A stretch of DNA of 64,000 nt from Tubiluchus corallicola (Eukaryota; Animalia; Priapulida), in NCBI GenBank assembly GCA_030141605.1, contig JAQGDQ010000121.1, forward strand, positions 434,001 to 498,000. Reading direction: 5' to 3'. This document shows positions 12,601 to 25,168 of this stretch, in pieces. The notes beneath the pieces were generated by a model that saw only the letters and a list, made by a program, of their open reading frames with translations, was not told the origin of the DNA and did no database searches. Each line of letters starts with the position of its first letter. Within the stretch, counting starts at the first letter, position 1. The translations under genes were made by a program, and so were the position numbers.

Positions 12601-15600
12601 TTCACTCATGTCACTTTTATTACTGACAAATAAGAAAATTTTACAAAATTCAAAACATTGAGTTATTTTGTTGGGAAAATTAATTCAAGAGAGCATTTCT
12701 ACATCTCATTACAAAATAATTGCAACAACAGAACAAATGTAATAAATGACAACAACAATGTCGATAACATAAGCTGCATGCAAGAAACAAACAAACCCAT
12801 TAGCAGCAGCACCAATTCTTCAGCCTTGAAAATTATTTTTTCGAGCTCATTTTATTTTGCAGTTTTCATTTTTTGCACTATTTGTGGTCTTCACTTAAAT
12901 TTTTGTCTACATGCGCTTTAAATATCTAGCCACCAGCACACACAGTTCATCACATCACATATATTGATGATTTTTCACTCATGGCACTACACTGCTTTTT
13001 TAACTAAACAACCCTTGAATAAACAGCTGTGCAAACTATTTAAAAAACACAGAAATTTGGTATGTAGTCCAGCCAAGTTTGGCATACTGAAATATTGCCT
13101 GTTTTATAAATGGTCTTTGCAGAATGTTCTCACAGCATGCAGTCGAGAGTGGTAACCTTCAAACTTGTATTGAACTGCAAACTGTGTGCTTGCCTGCCTG
13201 CCTGTCTACTCAGTTTCACAAGCTTTTGTGCTGCTTTGATGATAATAGTCGATTAAATTATACCTGTTAGTCAACCCTGTGGTATAATAACAAGCTGCTA
13301 ATAATGATGGAGATGGTATTCTCGCAGGAAGCGCTAATGGACAGAGTGGCATGTGCTGCTGCCCAACCTCGTTATCTGTCCAAGTCCTCGGTGCACCTCA
13401 TCTCGTTACAATCATCATCTATTATTGACAAAACTTCAAAGACACCGCCACGCTTCAATAAGGAAAATTTGTCAATATATGGCGAGTTATAGAGGCTCGC
13501 ACGAGCGGCAAACTGTATCCGAGATGCGGCTAATTGAGTTAGGTGCGGAAACGCGGAAAGACAATAAATATGCGGAAGATCAAAGGAGCCGCAAGCTGCC
13601 GGGTAATAAGCTGTAAAGCAGGAGAGTTGTGTAATAATATGAACCTCGCAGTTCAAAAGCATTGAGCGCCAACCGGCGGAAAAGTTGAGATGTAATAAGC
13701 AGGAGGATGTAGCTCCATCAATGATGATCAAAGGCCAGCGAGAAATTATCTGCGGAAGGGTGGCAAATTTAAACTTGATCAAAGACAATGTATGCACAGC
13801 AACATCAAAGCCATGGCACATCAACTGATCTGAGAGTGGTAAAGAGATCCTGCAGCATGTTTTTAGTTAATAGAGAATGATTTTGGACTCGCCGCTGATC
13901 AAAGAGCAAGACAGGATGCGTTGGATTACGTATCACCTGTCACAAAGAGATCAAAGGAAAAGAAATGGAGATCAGAGGGACACTTGTATGACTAAGAAAG
14001 AGTTTTGAATATGAGAGTGAAGCGTCTGACATCAAAGTATATGTGATGTCTAATTAGGGCTATCGTTTGACTGAATAAGTCTGTCAAAGAAAGTCACACT
14101 AAGGAAAATCAAAGTTGCATGTCAAAGAGTTTTCTGAGTATTTTGACTTCAAAGATTTTCCTTATGTTTAAAATGTCTGTTCTGACACTTTGAAAGAGAT
14201 TTACCGTAGTGGTCAAAATTTAAGCAGTGTATATTTGAAGTGTGGCTGTGTAAGCTATGTAAATGCATGCTGTAAAAATGTACTATAATAATAATAAGAA
14301 GAATACATACATACATACATACTAGTAATGATGCTCCACTACAACAATTGTACTTTGTCTAAATTTAAATAGATGAGTTTTTGACTAATACTGTGTATAG
14401 TCTTAGATATTTGAGCTGATTACGAAATTGGGAATGCTTATCAGTAGAAATTTCAAAGAATGGTCAATTGATTTCTGGATCATCTCTTTGAAGTCGCCGA
14501 CACAACTGTGATACAAGTCTGCCTAACAAATATTAGAGTGATCAATAAAAGTTGATGCTATTGTGGATCTGATCGCCATTTTCGGTTCTTTAAAAGTCCT
14601 CTGAACGAGAATGCAAACTCACGGTGACTAATCATGTAATGGCACGTTCAGATCAGAGGCTTGTCAAAAATGATTAAGCCATGATATTTGGAACTATAAT
14701 GATTAGTGTACATTACTACTAGGTTAATGTACAATGCCATTAGCCAGCTAAAATATCTATGGTAGAATATTTTCTCTTGAAATGTTGGTTAATTTAGTAA
14801 AGGACTCTTAGTTTTTAGATTAATGATGTGTTGTTTCGAGAATGTACATTCAGCTTATGCCATACAATTATTTTGTTGTAGAAAACCTAAGTGTGTTTAT
14901 ATTACATATAAATTTGATGTGAAATTTTAAATAAAGAAAGTGGCAACTTTTGTGAAAATACGCAATGTCTGAAGCTGTTTTTGTTGTAGTTGTTGTGGTT
15001 GTTGTTGTTGTTGTATTAATAATTGATCCTTTGCATGGACACTACTGTCTGCAAACTAAAAAAGTGCATTTCTTCCTGCACTTTGCAGAATTTTCTTCCA
15101 AGTTAGCAGCTAACATAATTAAGACATAATAGCACTCTAGCCATTCCTTTAAGATTTAACCATTTTGCTTCCTTGTATGTTGTTCTCAAACAATGCCACT
15201 TTCCCATGGAAATGACACACAAAACAAGTAATGCTTCTGTTTTGTTTATTATATCCTTAAAATTTGCAACATCTAAGATGAAAGCAAAATTGAAGCCACT
15301 ATTACCATCACAAAGCTTAACTCTGATTACCCGTTTTATTTGGCTTTTACATGCCTAATCTCGTTTCTATATCATTTGCTTTATTCGCATTCGTTTTGGT
15401 TTTGTTGGTTCCACGAAAGATTAAAACTTCAGACAGCTTAGTAAGTGCATCTTTGAAAAGGAATTACAATATCAAAGACAATTTTAGTGCGTTCAAAGTG
15501 GCTATCAATGCCGGATTATAGTTTGATAGGCTTGTAAGCGATTGCCAGCTTTAGGATGTTAATCTTGCACATGGAATTAGCTTTATTATAAAATTGAAAG

Positions 15601-18600
15601 GAAAATACTGAACGCAAAAAGTTGCAGCCATCCCCAATGTTGTTAATAATAAGTGGATATGCAAGAAAGAAACAAATTTGTATGTTGTAGTAATATTTCT
15701 TCTCCAAAATGAAGAAAAAATACCTTTACGTTTTTTTCACTTCAGAGAACGGAGCATATTCCTAAGGACTATACGCCTAAAGATCCTAGTGAATTTGCAG
15801 CCGTGCTCATTGATAAACTGAGACGGGTTCAAAAAGAACGTGAAGCTGAGGAAAAAATTCAGGAAGCTCTCCGCGGATTGCAAAAGGTGGAGTATATACG
15901 TATAACAATTAATAATTATCTTATTAATTTCAACTAATTTGCATCTAAATAAACTTCTTCACTATGATGTTAAAGGTAAATTGAAATAAATAAATAATGT
16001 TCTTCAAAATCAATTTATACAGGCACTTCAAAGCATTTATTAAAACAACTTTTATTAAAAAACGTTAAGTTACAAATGTTTAAAAACGTTTATTGTTTTA
16101 ATAAATGATATTTTTCTGATGTCAGATTATCAGCGTTTGTTAAAGAGTGGAGTTTAACAGCCTTAAATCCTTTTTGGGTGGAAATTATTTGAATGTTTTA
16201 AATTAGCTTTGCACTCTTAAAAAAGTCAAAATGCATTAACTTGAAAAAGTCCTTTAAGCAGATCATATGTTATGTTGAAATATGTCTTCTTTCTATTTTA
16301 TAATCATCTATCTTAGTTTTTTCCCGTGAAATTTCTTTGCTGACTGTTAAAAACTTTGCCATATCTTTGATCTCCTTTTTCACTAGTCTTTCTATTTGAT
16401 CATCTCACTCAACTCACAGAGTTCTAAAGTTCTACCGTTCCCTTTATTGTCGCTTAGAATAGTTAGGCTGCAGCTTTGTCTCTCGGTGACAAGCCAAAAC
16501 TTTTGCCACCGATTCTTGTTGCACTGTGAAGGCTCTGCCTTTGAAGTGTACCTTTGATGTGTCTGCGGCTTCATTGATCTGATAATTTCCTGGGCTTGCG
16601 TCACAGCAGATGATAAATAAGCTGGTGCAGCCTGCTTGATAGTTATTGTCATAGTGCCGGCGTTGTAAAACTCTCCGTTAACAACAGACATAAGTGTCAT
16701 GAACAGGTCAAAAATATTTGAAAATGTTGCAGGTAAATTTTAAAATAGCCTCTGCATTACCTCTGCATTGAAAACCAAATAAAAATAAAATCACCGGTTA
16801 TTTGTCATAGAGCAGTGATATTTTCCAAGTTTTCGTTAATTATTTTATTTTCTCTTTGTAGCAGTTGGACGAATCGACTCACTCGATACATTCAGAAAGT
16901 GGTGAAGCAGTTTCCAAGCGCACGCCGACCACACTAGTCACCAAGTTTCCTTTGCCATCATCGATGATCACTACTTGCGAAAGCACTGAAGAAGATCAGA
17001 GCATATTAGACGAGCATGTCTCTCGCATATGGGATAACTCTGCCCATCACACGCCGGCCAGATCACCTGGACATCGGTCGCCAAAGTCAAAATCGCCTGA
17101 TCGCCTCCTCGCTTTGGCTCGTGGACCAGCTACCCTGCCCTTGTCACACAAACATTATCACAAAGGCCGGAAAGATTTTGGATCAGTACTCTCCACTGAT
17201 TCGGGCGTAACCTGTGGAAAAGAAGTCATCCATGAGGATCAACATAAACATATACATCACTACCACTATTACATTAAGGAGTACAAGTCTAAACATGAAA
17301 TGGACTCCCGTTCTTTGCCACAGTTTAGCGGTGCTGCTGGGCAGGAGGCATATAGAGCTCATGTGCTCGCACATGAACGGCAATCACGAGATGCATTGAA
17401 ACGCTCTGGTGGTAAACAGAAAGCACATTCAATTGCCAATCCTTCTGATGCAGGCAACTTGATTGATAGTGGAGTGAGTGTCGTGAGTGGCCAAGATTTA
17501 GAAGTGTCAAGCATTCCCAATCTAGATAATCCAATAAACGAAAGGTAGGTCATAACTGTTTTAACTGTTCGTGACTGCTTCTTTCTGAAATTGTGTTTAA
17601 ATTTTCTTTCATAAGTGAACTTTTCGTAAAAATGATTTCACCACTTGTTTCACATTTATTTCGTCATTTATAGGGTATATGCTTGGATGGTCAATAGTGA
17701 GAAGTACGGCCTAAATGATGGCGTGTTAGGTGACACAGAATCACTGGCTCACATGGAGAGGGAGTCAGCAGTTCGACATAAACGTTCACAGATGAAACCG
17801 TCCACAACACCTGCCTCCCCCTCACCTCTCCGCCACATGTAAGTGCCAGTTCTACATTTGTTCTTGGGTCTCAGTATCAGGGTTGATACTGAAACTGAAT
17901 TTACAAACAGAAACCGATACCGAACCGAAACATTTTTCCAAAACCAACCACTATTAAGACTGAAAAAAGAAAATTCTAAAATAAGTAAAATATTTTGTTT
18001 CCTGTTTGTTTGCTTTTATTTGTTGTGATGCAGAATTACTGATAAACAATTCTACTACAAAAAGGACAAGAAGTTTTGTAATATAGAACCTCAAGTTTGA
18101 TGGAGGGCTTACCTTAGGAAATGTGTTATAATGTTTTTGAATTTAAGTATCCTTATTGATTAATGTTAAAAGATCATGAGGCTTCATTAAAAATAAACAA
18201 TTTTTTGTAGATATTTTGTTGCCTATATTTCATAAATTATAAAATTCAACGTGATTTTGCTGAAGTAAATTGGTTTGATATTTCGGTTGATTGGGCCTGG
18301 AAACCTTAAAACTTCTGTCGTGAGCATTGCAGATACACCAGTAAAAACGCGTTACACACTGTTATACACTCTTTATTTGAACTAATTTGGCCAAGATTTT
18401 TCAGCGTTTTATGACATCTAGGAGAAAAGAAAAAGTAAATTGGATAAATACTTGTAAAGCCTCGGAAAATGCTACTGAAAGTTATAGGAAATTTCGGCTG
18501 CGAAATTTGGTAAATTTCACCGAAAGTTAACCGAAAGTGCAGTTATCAGCAAACTGAAATGAAAATTTCGTTTCGGTAACATCCCTGCTCAGAATGATAG

Positions 18601-21600
18601 ATATAGTTTCTATTAAAAGATTATTAGCCTTAAAATTTAAATTTTTTTGGCCAGCAGTGTTAGCCAACATTTAGTAGTCATTATCAGGTTTATAAAGTTG
18701 TAGAGGAAATTTTGTGTAATGGCATTGTAATGGTTACGTTACAGCTTGCAAAAGAAACAGCCAGTCCTTACGTCCAGGTCCGGGTCACTAGAACGTGGTG
18801 GCACTCTATCACAGTGGACAAAGCCAGGTGATGTAGCCCAAACTCAACCAATGCAACCTGTGCCACAGGTATGTGATTCCTTATAAAGCTGTTGTGAACA
18901 TTTTTGTATAATATTTTTTTACAAATCTGGTTGCCACTTCCGTCTCTTACTTAGTTACTTGCTCCTTTTAGTTCTTACTTGTTAGTTATGTGGACTATTC
19001 AAAACCTGATATGCTAAAATTATTTGATCTAATATGCGTCTTAGTAATGCCAGTAACAACCTTCTGATTTTCTTCATATGTTTGTTTTATGTCTGTATGT
19101 TGTTAAAAAAATCCTATTTTTTAGCCTTTCGCCAGCCACATTTCAACACTAGCTTCTCAAAACGTGCTGTTTGCTTTGGATGACCACAGTTTTTTTACTA
19201 TGCAACTTGTTGGTCATGACAATGATGTACATGAAAGAAAGTTTACTACAGCATAATGCTTGCTATTGTGAAGTCAGACTTTATAAACTTATGAAGCTAG
19301 TACTTTATATTTCTTGCTGCACATTGTACCAGTAACATTTTCATGTGATTGCGTCACAATTCAACTGTTTTATCCATATTAGATTGTAATTTGGCTTTGA
19401 AATTGTTTGCAACATAAGGACTTTATGTTGGAAAAGCAAGGGCTTACGACTTTGCAAACCAATTGAAGAGCTTCTCGTAGGCTTTCAAACAACACATTTA
19501 TTAGTCGTAAAATTCTAATAAGCTGCTGAGATCTGGGCACATAAAAGAGTCGGCATTTTGCTTTGGTGAATAGTAATGGCTTCGGCACTTGTGTTTTTGC
19601 GAAAATTGACAGAAGTCCCATTTCTTTCTTTCACATTTAATACCCGAACAATTTGTTTAATTGAAGACATATCAAAGTGTGATGTTTTTTGCAACAAACA
19701 AAACTGTTGTAATTTTGAATTAATTCAAATTGTAAATTAGTTGATAATTCAAAAACTTTTGTCTGTTATTGTAGGCTTCATGACTGCATTTAGCAATGAA
19801 AGCAATTTGTGTCACAAGTGCTGCCCTTGTCTCTGCCTTGAAATACTTTGGTCAATTTATAAGCAGTAATGTCATCTTGCTTGTCAATTTAACCACAAGA
19901 CTGTAAGGGTAATTATTTGCTAACATTTGCCTTACTTTCAGGAAATTTCGCCAAATGTTCCATCATCAAGTACAGATAAACAGCTTGAAGAGGCAAAGAA
20001 GAGACTAGAAGATGAAACAAAAGCTAAAATCAAATCTAGGTTAGTATTAACTATTATGTCATATTGTGCTTGACCGTCCAAGTTTTCATCCAATAGTGTT
20101 TGACTGTTATATCAAATCTCAGTACTAATGGGGCGTATAAAGTCGTGCTGTGGCTGTCATTTAAATTGCCAATTCTTGGAATTGAGAATGAGGTATTAAA
20201 TTTTGGCAAATTACCTATTATAGAGAAAGGATTTGGCTGTCATAAAACTAGCATGTTATTAAAAAAGATAACGGTTGGGTTTACCTACTAATACTATTGC
20301 ATTTTGTGCATTTTTTCGAATATGTTTAGGTTTTAATCAACTACCAGTTTTCAGCAAATTTAAAATTACTTTTCAACTTTTTGTTGTAGTAAAAAGAAAG
20401 ATAAAAAAGAAAAGTCTTCTCTCTCGAGCGGAGTAACATCTACCGGCACAACTTCTACAGTGACATCTGGTGGAGATTACACGATTATTGGGTACTATTT
20501 CTGTGGTGATCCTGTACCATACCGAACCAAACTGCCTGGCAAATCTATCACGTTGCGTCAGTTTAAAAATTTGGTTACAAAGAAGGGGAATTACAAGTAA
20601 GTATGCTGTTTTTGTTTCTTTGTTGACAGTTTTAAGGGACACTAATTGCGGATTTGTAAATACCGGTAAGATCAAAAAGTTGGAATTTTGAGTTGTCTGC
20701 ATGGTATATTGCTATGTTAGGGAGCTCTGTAACGCCCTACCGACTTGATAAACTCCCCAACGAATACTAAACACTTTCTCATTTTAAAAGCTGATATTTA
20801 ACAATGCTAATTTTTCAGACAAACTTAAAATTGCTTTCTGAATGTTTTGTTGCATGCTGGGATGGTAAAACACTGATGTCATGATATAACTTCTTGGCTC
20901 AAACTATTTAAACGAGTAACACGTTTTTCTTCTTTTAATCAGTGGTACTGGCTGATGTAACCTTTTTTCTAATTTTTTTAACAAACTTTTTACTTATGAA
21001 TTTTTTAATCTTCTATTTAAAATTGCTGACAAAAATTGTCCAAATGTTTTGGACTTCCCTTTGTAAAGATTTACAAACCAGCAATTTAGAATTATTATAA
21101 TATATTGAAAAATGTTCTTGTTAATTTACAAAATTAAATTCCTTAATTATTCATTCATTTCACTTTTCGCCTTTTTGAAGAATTTTGTTCAGTTATGCTG
21201 AAAGTACTAACGTATTCGTGAAACATTATTTTTATTTAATAAAAAAAATTTGGTGTCAGAATGTGAATAATATTGTTAATTTACATTTTGAAAAACAGAA
21301 TTTTCCAACTCATTGTTGTGATATGTAGATGCAATTCTTACATTTTGCAAAAATAAAAAATACTGAAGTTCTTTATTTTATTAGGAATAATAATTATGAT
21401 GGTGTGGTATTTTCTGAAAGCAGCTAATCTTTAAATGTTAACATTTCTCCTGCGGCACTTTTTAACACGAGTTTTAAATTTTGCAATTTTAGTATGCTTT
21501 TGCTACTGTTCTGTGGTTTTATCTAGGCGATAGTCGAATTACAGAGCTTGCTGGTCAGTAATATTATTGTTCGTAGCTGCTGGGCATTTTCAGCGTACTA

Positions 21601-22733
21601 GAGCTGCTGCTGCTGCTTAAAGTACAGCCTGTGCGCACATTGTATGTTAATCTGTGTTGCACTCTTTGTCTGCATGTAAAACTAGCTGTCGTGTTGATCC
21701 TAGCCTCCAGGTCAACCTACGTCATGATTTGGGCTGTGTTATTAAAGGAGAAATTGTGTCGTGCTATTATTAGGGCCTTGTGCAGAGAAAGTGCAAAGAA
21801 AAACCTTTTTAATTCAGTTCTGTCGACAGTTTTAAATTTTGAATTAAAAAATTAAAATCATATTGTAAACTGCAAAATTAAAAGGTTTATAAATTTTTAA
21901 CCATACTTTTATTAGACTTTGGAAAATAGATCTTCACTGAAGTTAATTAACAACACTCAGTGTTAATGTCATTGTTGTGGTCTTTTGGGTGGTCTCATTT
22001 AAAACTGACCATAATATCGGTCAGGGCTGGATGGTATGTTACTGACCAGCAAACCAGGGTCCTAATGTCTACACCTTGTTATTTAGCCGGTTTGTCTGTC
22101 TGTAATTTAACAAGATGGCTTACTCTGTGCTTATTTGCCTTCAGGCCAATAGGGCTGTTTCTGCTTAAATAAATTACAGATGGAGCATTTGTTAATAACA
22201 AGGCAGCCCCATAAGCAATTGAGGGGCTTGTGGCATAGAAGCTGTTTGTTGCAATACTAGTGCCAGACAATGTTAACTGAGATTTTGTACATATATTTAA
22301 AGAAAGCTTACAAATGGTAACTGCTGCTAGATAATAAAAACTTCCTTGATAATAGAAACCTTTTTTGCACGTTTCAATTTTTTGTTTAGGCCGAAAGCAA
22401 AAAATTTTGCAACTTCGCAGTTTTTGTAGATAATTATATTATTTTCCAACTTCAAATGGAATTTGCTGAATTTCTTCAAAACTGTTTTTCTTTGCCCTGT
22501 GCGGATAGACTGATTTATTAACTAATGTTGTGTTATGTCAGAAACTTTAGGCTTGCGCTTTGATGAATTTGCTTTCATTTAAATTTTAAATTTCTTAAAT
22601 TTGCAGGTATTTCTTTAAGAAGGCAAGTGATGAATTTGGTACGGGTGTTGTAAATGAGGAGATTTCTGATGACAACGAAATTCTTCCGTTTTGGGAGGGT
22701 AAAATATTTGCCAAGGTTGAAAACATCGATTAG
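3646..22733 (+). CDS. Axin: Axin, beta-catenin destruction-complex scaffold, ~901 aa, 10 coding exons
   Basis: Exons 3646-4547, 6766-6915, 11993-12104, 15746-15886, 16865(or 16862)-17544, 17674-17838, 18745-18868, 19942-20039, 20390-20596, 22607-22733. All introns are GT-AG and phase-consistent (2706 nt). Motifs: tankyrase-binding RPPVPGKE and GFEPEGSA; RGS domain (TPPYLRWAGSLRNLLDDEDG...FWFACEGLK); DSEQQSLSSDA; GSK3-binding helix PSEFAAVLIDKLRRV; beta-catenin-binding QSILDEHVSRIW; QLEEAKKRLE; C-terminal DIX domain (YYFCGDPVPYRT...EEISDDNEILPFWEGKIFAKVE). Confidence 0.97.
9213..10100. mobile_element. Foldback/MITE-like element: inverted arms of ~15-bp tandem subrepeats around an AAC/GAT-rich core
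   Basis: The left arm (9213-9400) repeats GGAAAATTTGGTACT-like units. The right arm (~9950-10100) repeats the reverse complement (e.g. TTTTCCTAGTACCAAACTTTCCTAGCACCAAA). The core is low-complexity. Boundaries are approximate. Confidence 0.7.
12690..12812 (+). repeat. Partial second copy of the core of the 9.2-10.1 kb element
   Basis: GAGCAT...CATTACAAAATAATTGCAACAAC...GCATGCAAGAAACAAACAAAC aligns by eye with 9411-9535 (GAGCATATGTCATTACAATATAATTGCAAGAAC...GCATGCAAGAAACAAGCAAAC). Confidence 0.65.
13234..14492. promoter_or_regulatory. Candidate Wnt/TCF-responsive intronic enhancer in Axin
   Basis: ATCAAAG at 13579, 13727, 13778, 13804, 13898, 13950, 14031 and 14108; CTTTGAT at 13234; TTCAAAG at 13435, 14148 and 14452; CTTTGAA at 14188 and 14486. 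Two are the optimal AGATCAAAGG (13577, 13948). Helper-like ACCGCCA (13444), GCCGCA (13588) and GCCGC (13891) adjoin HMG sites. Confidence 0.75.
15451..16570. promoter_or_regulatory. Secondary TCF/LEF site clusters flanking the Axin GSK3-binding exon
   Basis: CTTTGAA 15451, ATCAAAG 15471, TTCAAAG 15492, TTCAAAG 16027, CTTTGAT 16365, CCTTTGAAG 16538 and CCTTTGATG 16551, the last followed by GCGGC at 16565. Confidence 0.5.
17878..18587. mobile_element. Non-autonomous hAT-type DNA transposon (MITE), ~710 bp, in an Axin intron
   Basis: TIRs CAGGGTTGATACTGAAAC and GTTTCGGTAACATCCCTG. 8-bp target-site duplication CTCAGTAT (17870-17877) / CTCAGAAT (18588-18595). Subterminal ACCGAA repeats. Confidence 0.8.
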
Positions 22734-24609
22734 TTGTATGATCGCCGTCTAGATGGCAGCACTATTTTATTCTCGCACAATTTTTGCTCCTTGTAAGTAA
22801 TGTGTAAAGCCAAAGTGGTTTTGAGTTAAACAATTAAAGCCAGACCACAGAATATGTCAATTTGTATATACATTGTAAAAAGACAAAAGTTGTTTACAAT
22901 ATGCAAGTGTATTATTGCTTTGTTGGTATCAAGTTATACTGAAGACTTAGGCAGAGTTATTTATTTTTGTGGTTGATGTTATGTAAATGTGAATGTTGTT
23001 TGATTTTGCGAAGCTATTTATGTACATGCCCAGCGCTTTATAACTTTGTTACATAAACACTACACTACATGTTCACTACACTTTTGCTGCAAAAACTGAA
23101 CAGTCAATTTTGAAAAGGTTTATTTCCCTATGATTGCTAGTGTACCTTATGCAGGGTCAACAGAATTTGTGTCAGCATACATCTTTTATTGGAAATTTGT
23201 GGAATTACTCTGGCCTAGATATTATTTAAAACAGGCATGTCCTTTTGTCACTTAGTAAAATTATTTCCTTCCGAGTTGCCTTTTGTGGATGAGTGTGAAT
23301 CCATGTCTTTGTTTTAGTGTGCTGTACTGGCTTTTTTATATCAATGTGAGTGCAAAACTAGGTTTATGTGGCTGTGCCAGTGATTTCCTGTTTCTGATCG
23401 GAAGTTATGGTGTGTACATTTATGTACATAGTTTTTTTTTGCTAGGAATACCGGTAATGCCATGTCGGTTGTTACCCATAGCATCATTTGCAATTGGTGC
23501 TTAATCAAAATTGTAGGCCTACCTATTTATGTTGGTATTCCTAACAGAGTTTCATATTAACAGAGAACAGTACTAATCAAAATCTTATAGGTAATAATTA
23601 GATACTTTTATTTTGACTTTTCTTTTATGAATTGCTTTATGAGTTATGCTTCTTGTCTTGCTTGAAAATTTTTAGTATTTTTTTTATTTGGATTTGCAGT
23701 TGTCAATACTGGGGAAAGCTTTTCTTAGGCATCTTCATATTTTCACACAGCAGATAAAGAAAGGTCTTATTAGTATCATATTAAAATTATTGCTTCTGTT
23801 CATGTCCCTTTTCACTTTTCTTAGCACTTCTGTCTAAGTTATTTGAGGATTTATATAAGAGATGGTTAAATCAGTTCTTAATAACCATTTGTATGAAAAG
23901 TGTATTTATTACTTGCAGAGATTGTATTTATGTACAGAAGCAGCTACTTTACAAGCCGTAGATGCTAATCAACAAAGCTGATTTTGTGCTGTCCTTGTAA
24001 ACATATTTGTAAAGTCTGTAGTTTTGTTAATAAGTTAATATTGTTATTATTGTAATTACGACCATTTGCTAGGGTTTGCTGAGTCAACAGGATGACTGGT
24101 AGAATTATACGTAGTGTTTTTACATTAAACTACCTGTACTTTGTGTGACTTATACAACGCAATGAGATGAATAAATCTTTTACACCATTTATCAAGCTTT
24201 TTTAAATTGCCTCTTGTTTTGTTTTAATTTAGAACTTATTACAGTGAGAGCTGATTTGACTTTAATTTGTTTCGTAGTTTTACTAATGAGATAATATAGA
24301 CTGGGATATTTCACAATTGGATTAAAGATATACTTCTTTTGTATACTGCAAGTGAGTGTCACAGCCATTAGTCTCAAAATTTTGAGTAGGATTTGCTTTA
24401 TCATTGCTCTGTTAGCTTGGATTTCTACTGATTTCGAGAAAAGGTCATAGCACATATAACTATTTTGAGGTTTTCCAAAATACCAGATTGTCTTGTCACA
24501 CCTTTGTTAAGCATGACAGATCTAAAAGACCCGTATGCTGATTTTTAACCTTGCTTCAAAATGAATTGAATTTGAAGTGATTATATGCAAGAAGTGATAC
24601 AATGCAAAT

Positions 24610-25168
24610 TACCTAGAGAAAACTTTTTATCCTAAAAACAACTTAAAAATTGTAAAAACGGAGTTTCAAAAGAAAATATTTTTACAAAATTAAATTAAAG
24701 CAATTAAGATTGACCTGTTAAACATTGGGTCATTTGAAATGATTCTGATTTCTAATAGACGTTAGTAAGGAATTGTAGGATGAGACAAAGATGGGGAAGG
24801 GGAGAGATGAGAAAGAGAACAAGAGGGGTGAGAAAGACAGAGTGAAGAAAGGATGAGGTAGAGCGAAATGGAGAAGAGAGAGAAAGACGGGGACAGATAA
24901 AAAAGGAGAAGGGGTGGGAATAGGAAGGGAAGAAGGTAAAGACGGAGGAGCAATCAGAAAAAAAAGAAATCGGAGGCTTTGTCCTACTAAAATAGCATAT
25001 TTAGCAATTAAAAACGTAACCGCTATTATTCTGTTAAAAAATCTTTCTGTGAAACGTTTTTTTTTCTGTAAACGAGTTTTCTAAGAAAAAAATTTCTTTT
25101 TTGGAAATGGTTTTCCTGTAAAATTAATTTTAGGGAAACACGTACCCTTTCTCGGAAACGGAACTTAA
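24610..25168. mobile_element. Foldback/MITE-like element with degenerate repeat arms and a purine-rich (GA) core
   Basis: GA-rich core at 24780-24960. The right terminus TTCTCGGAAACGGAACTTAA resembles the reverse complement of the terminus at 49018 (CTTAGGTCCGTTTCCAGAA). Boundaries are approximate. Confidence 0.5.

Noticed and set aside
13304-13824. ORFs of 62-150 aa in the Axin intron
   Set aside because: No domain similarity or fitting splice sites. They are better explained by the higher GC of the TCF-site block, and Axin exons 3 and 4 join in phase without them.
16392-16700. 102-aa minus-strand ORF nested in an Axin intron
   Set aside because: No recognisable homology; it coincides with a TCF-site block.
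20330-20389. Alternative Axin acceptor at 20329/20330
   Set aside because: Gives an immediate in-frame TAA. The acceptor at 20389/20390 leads correctly into the DIX domain.
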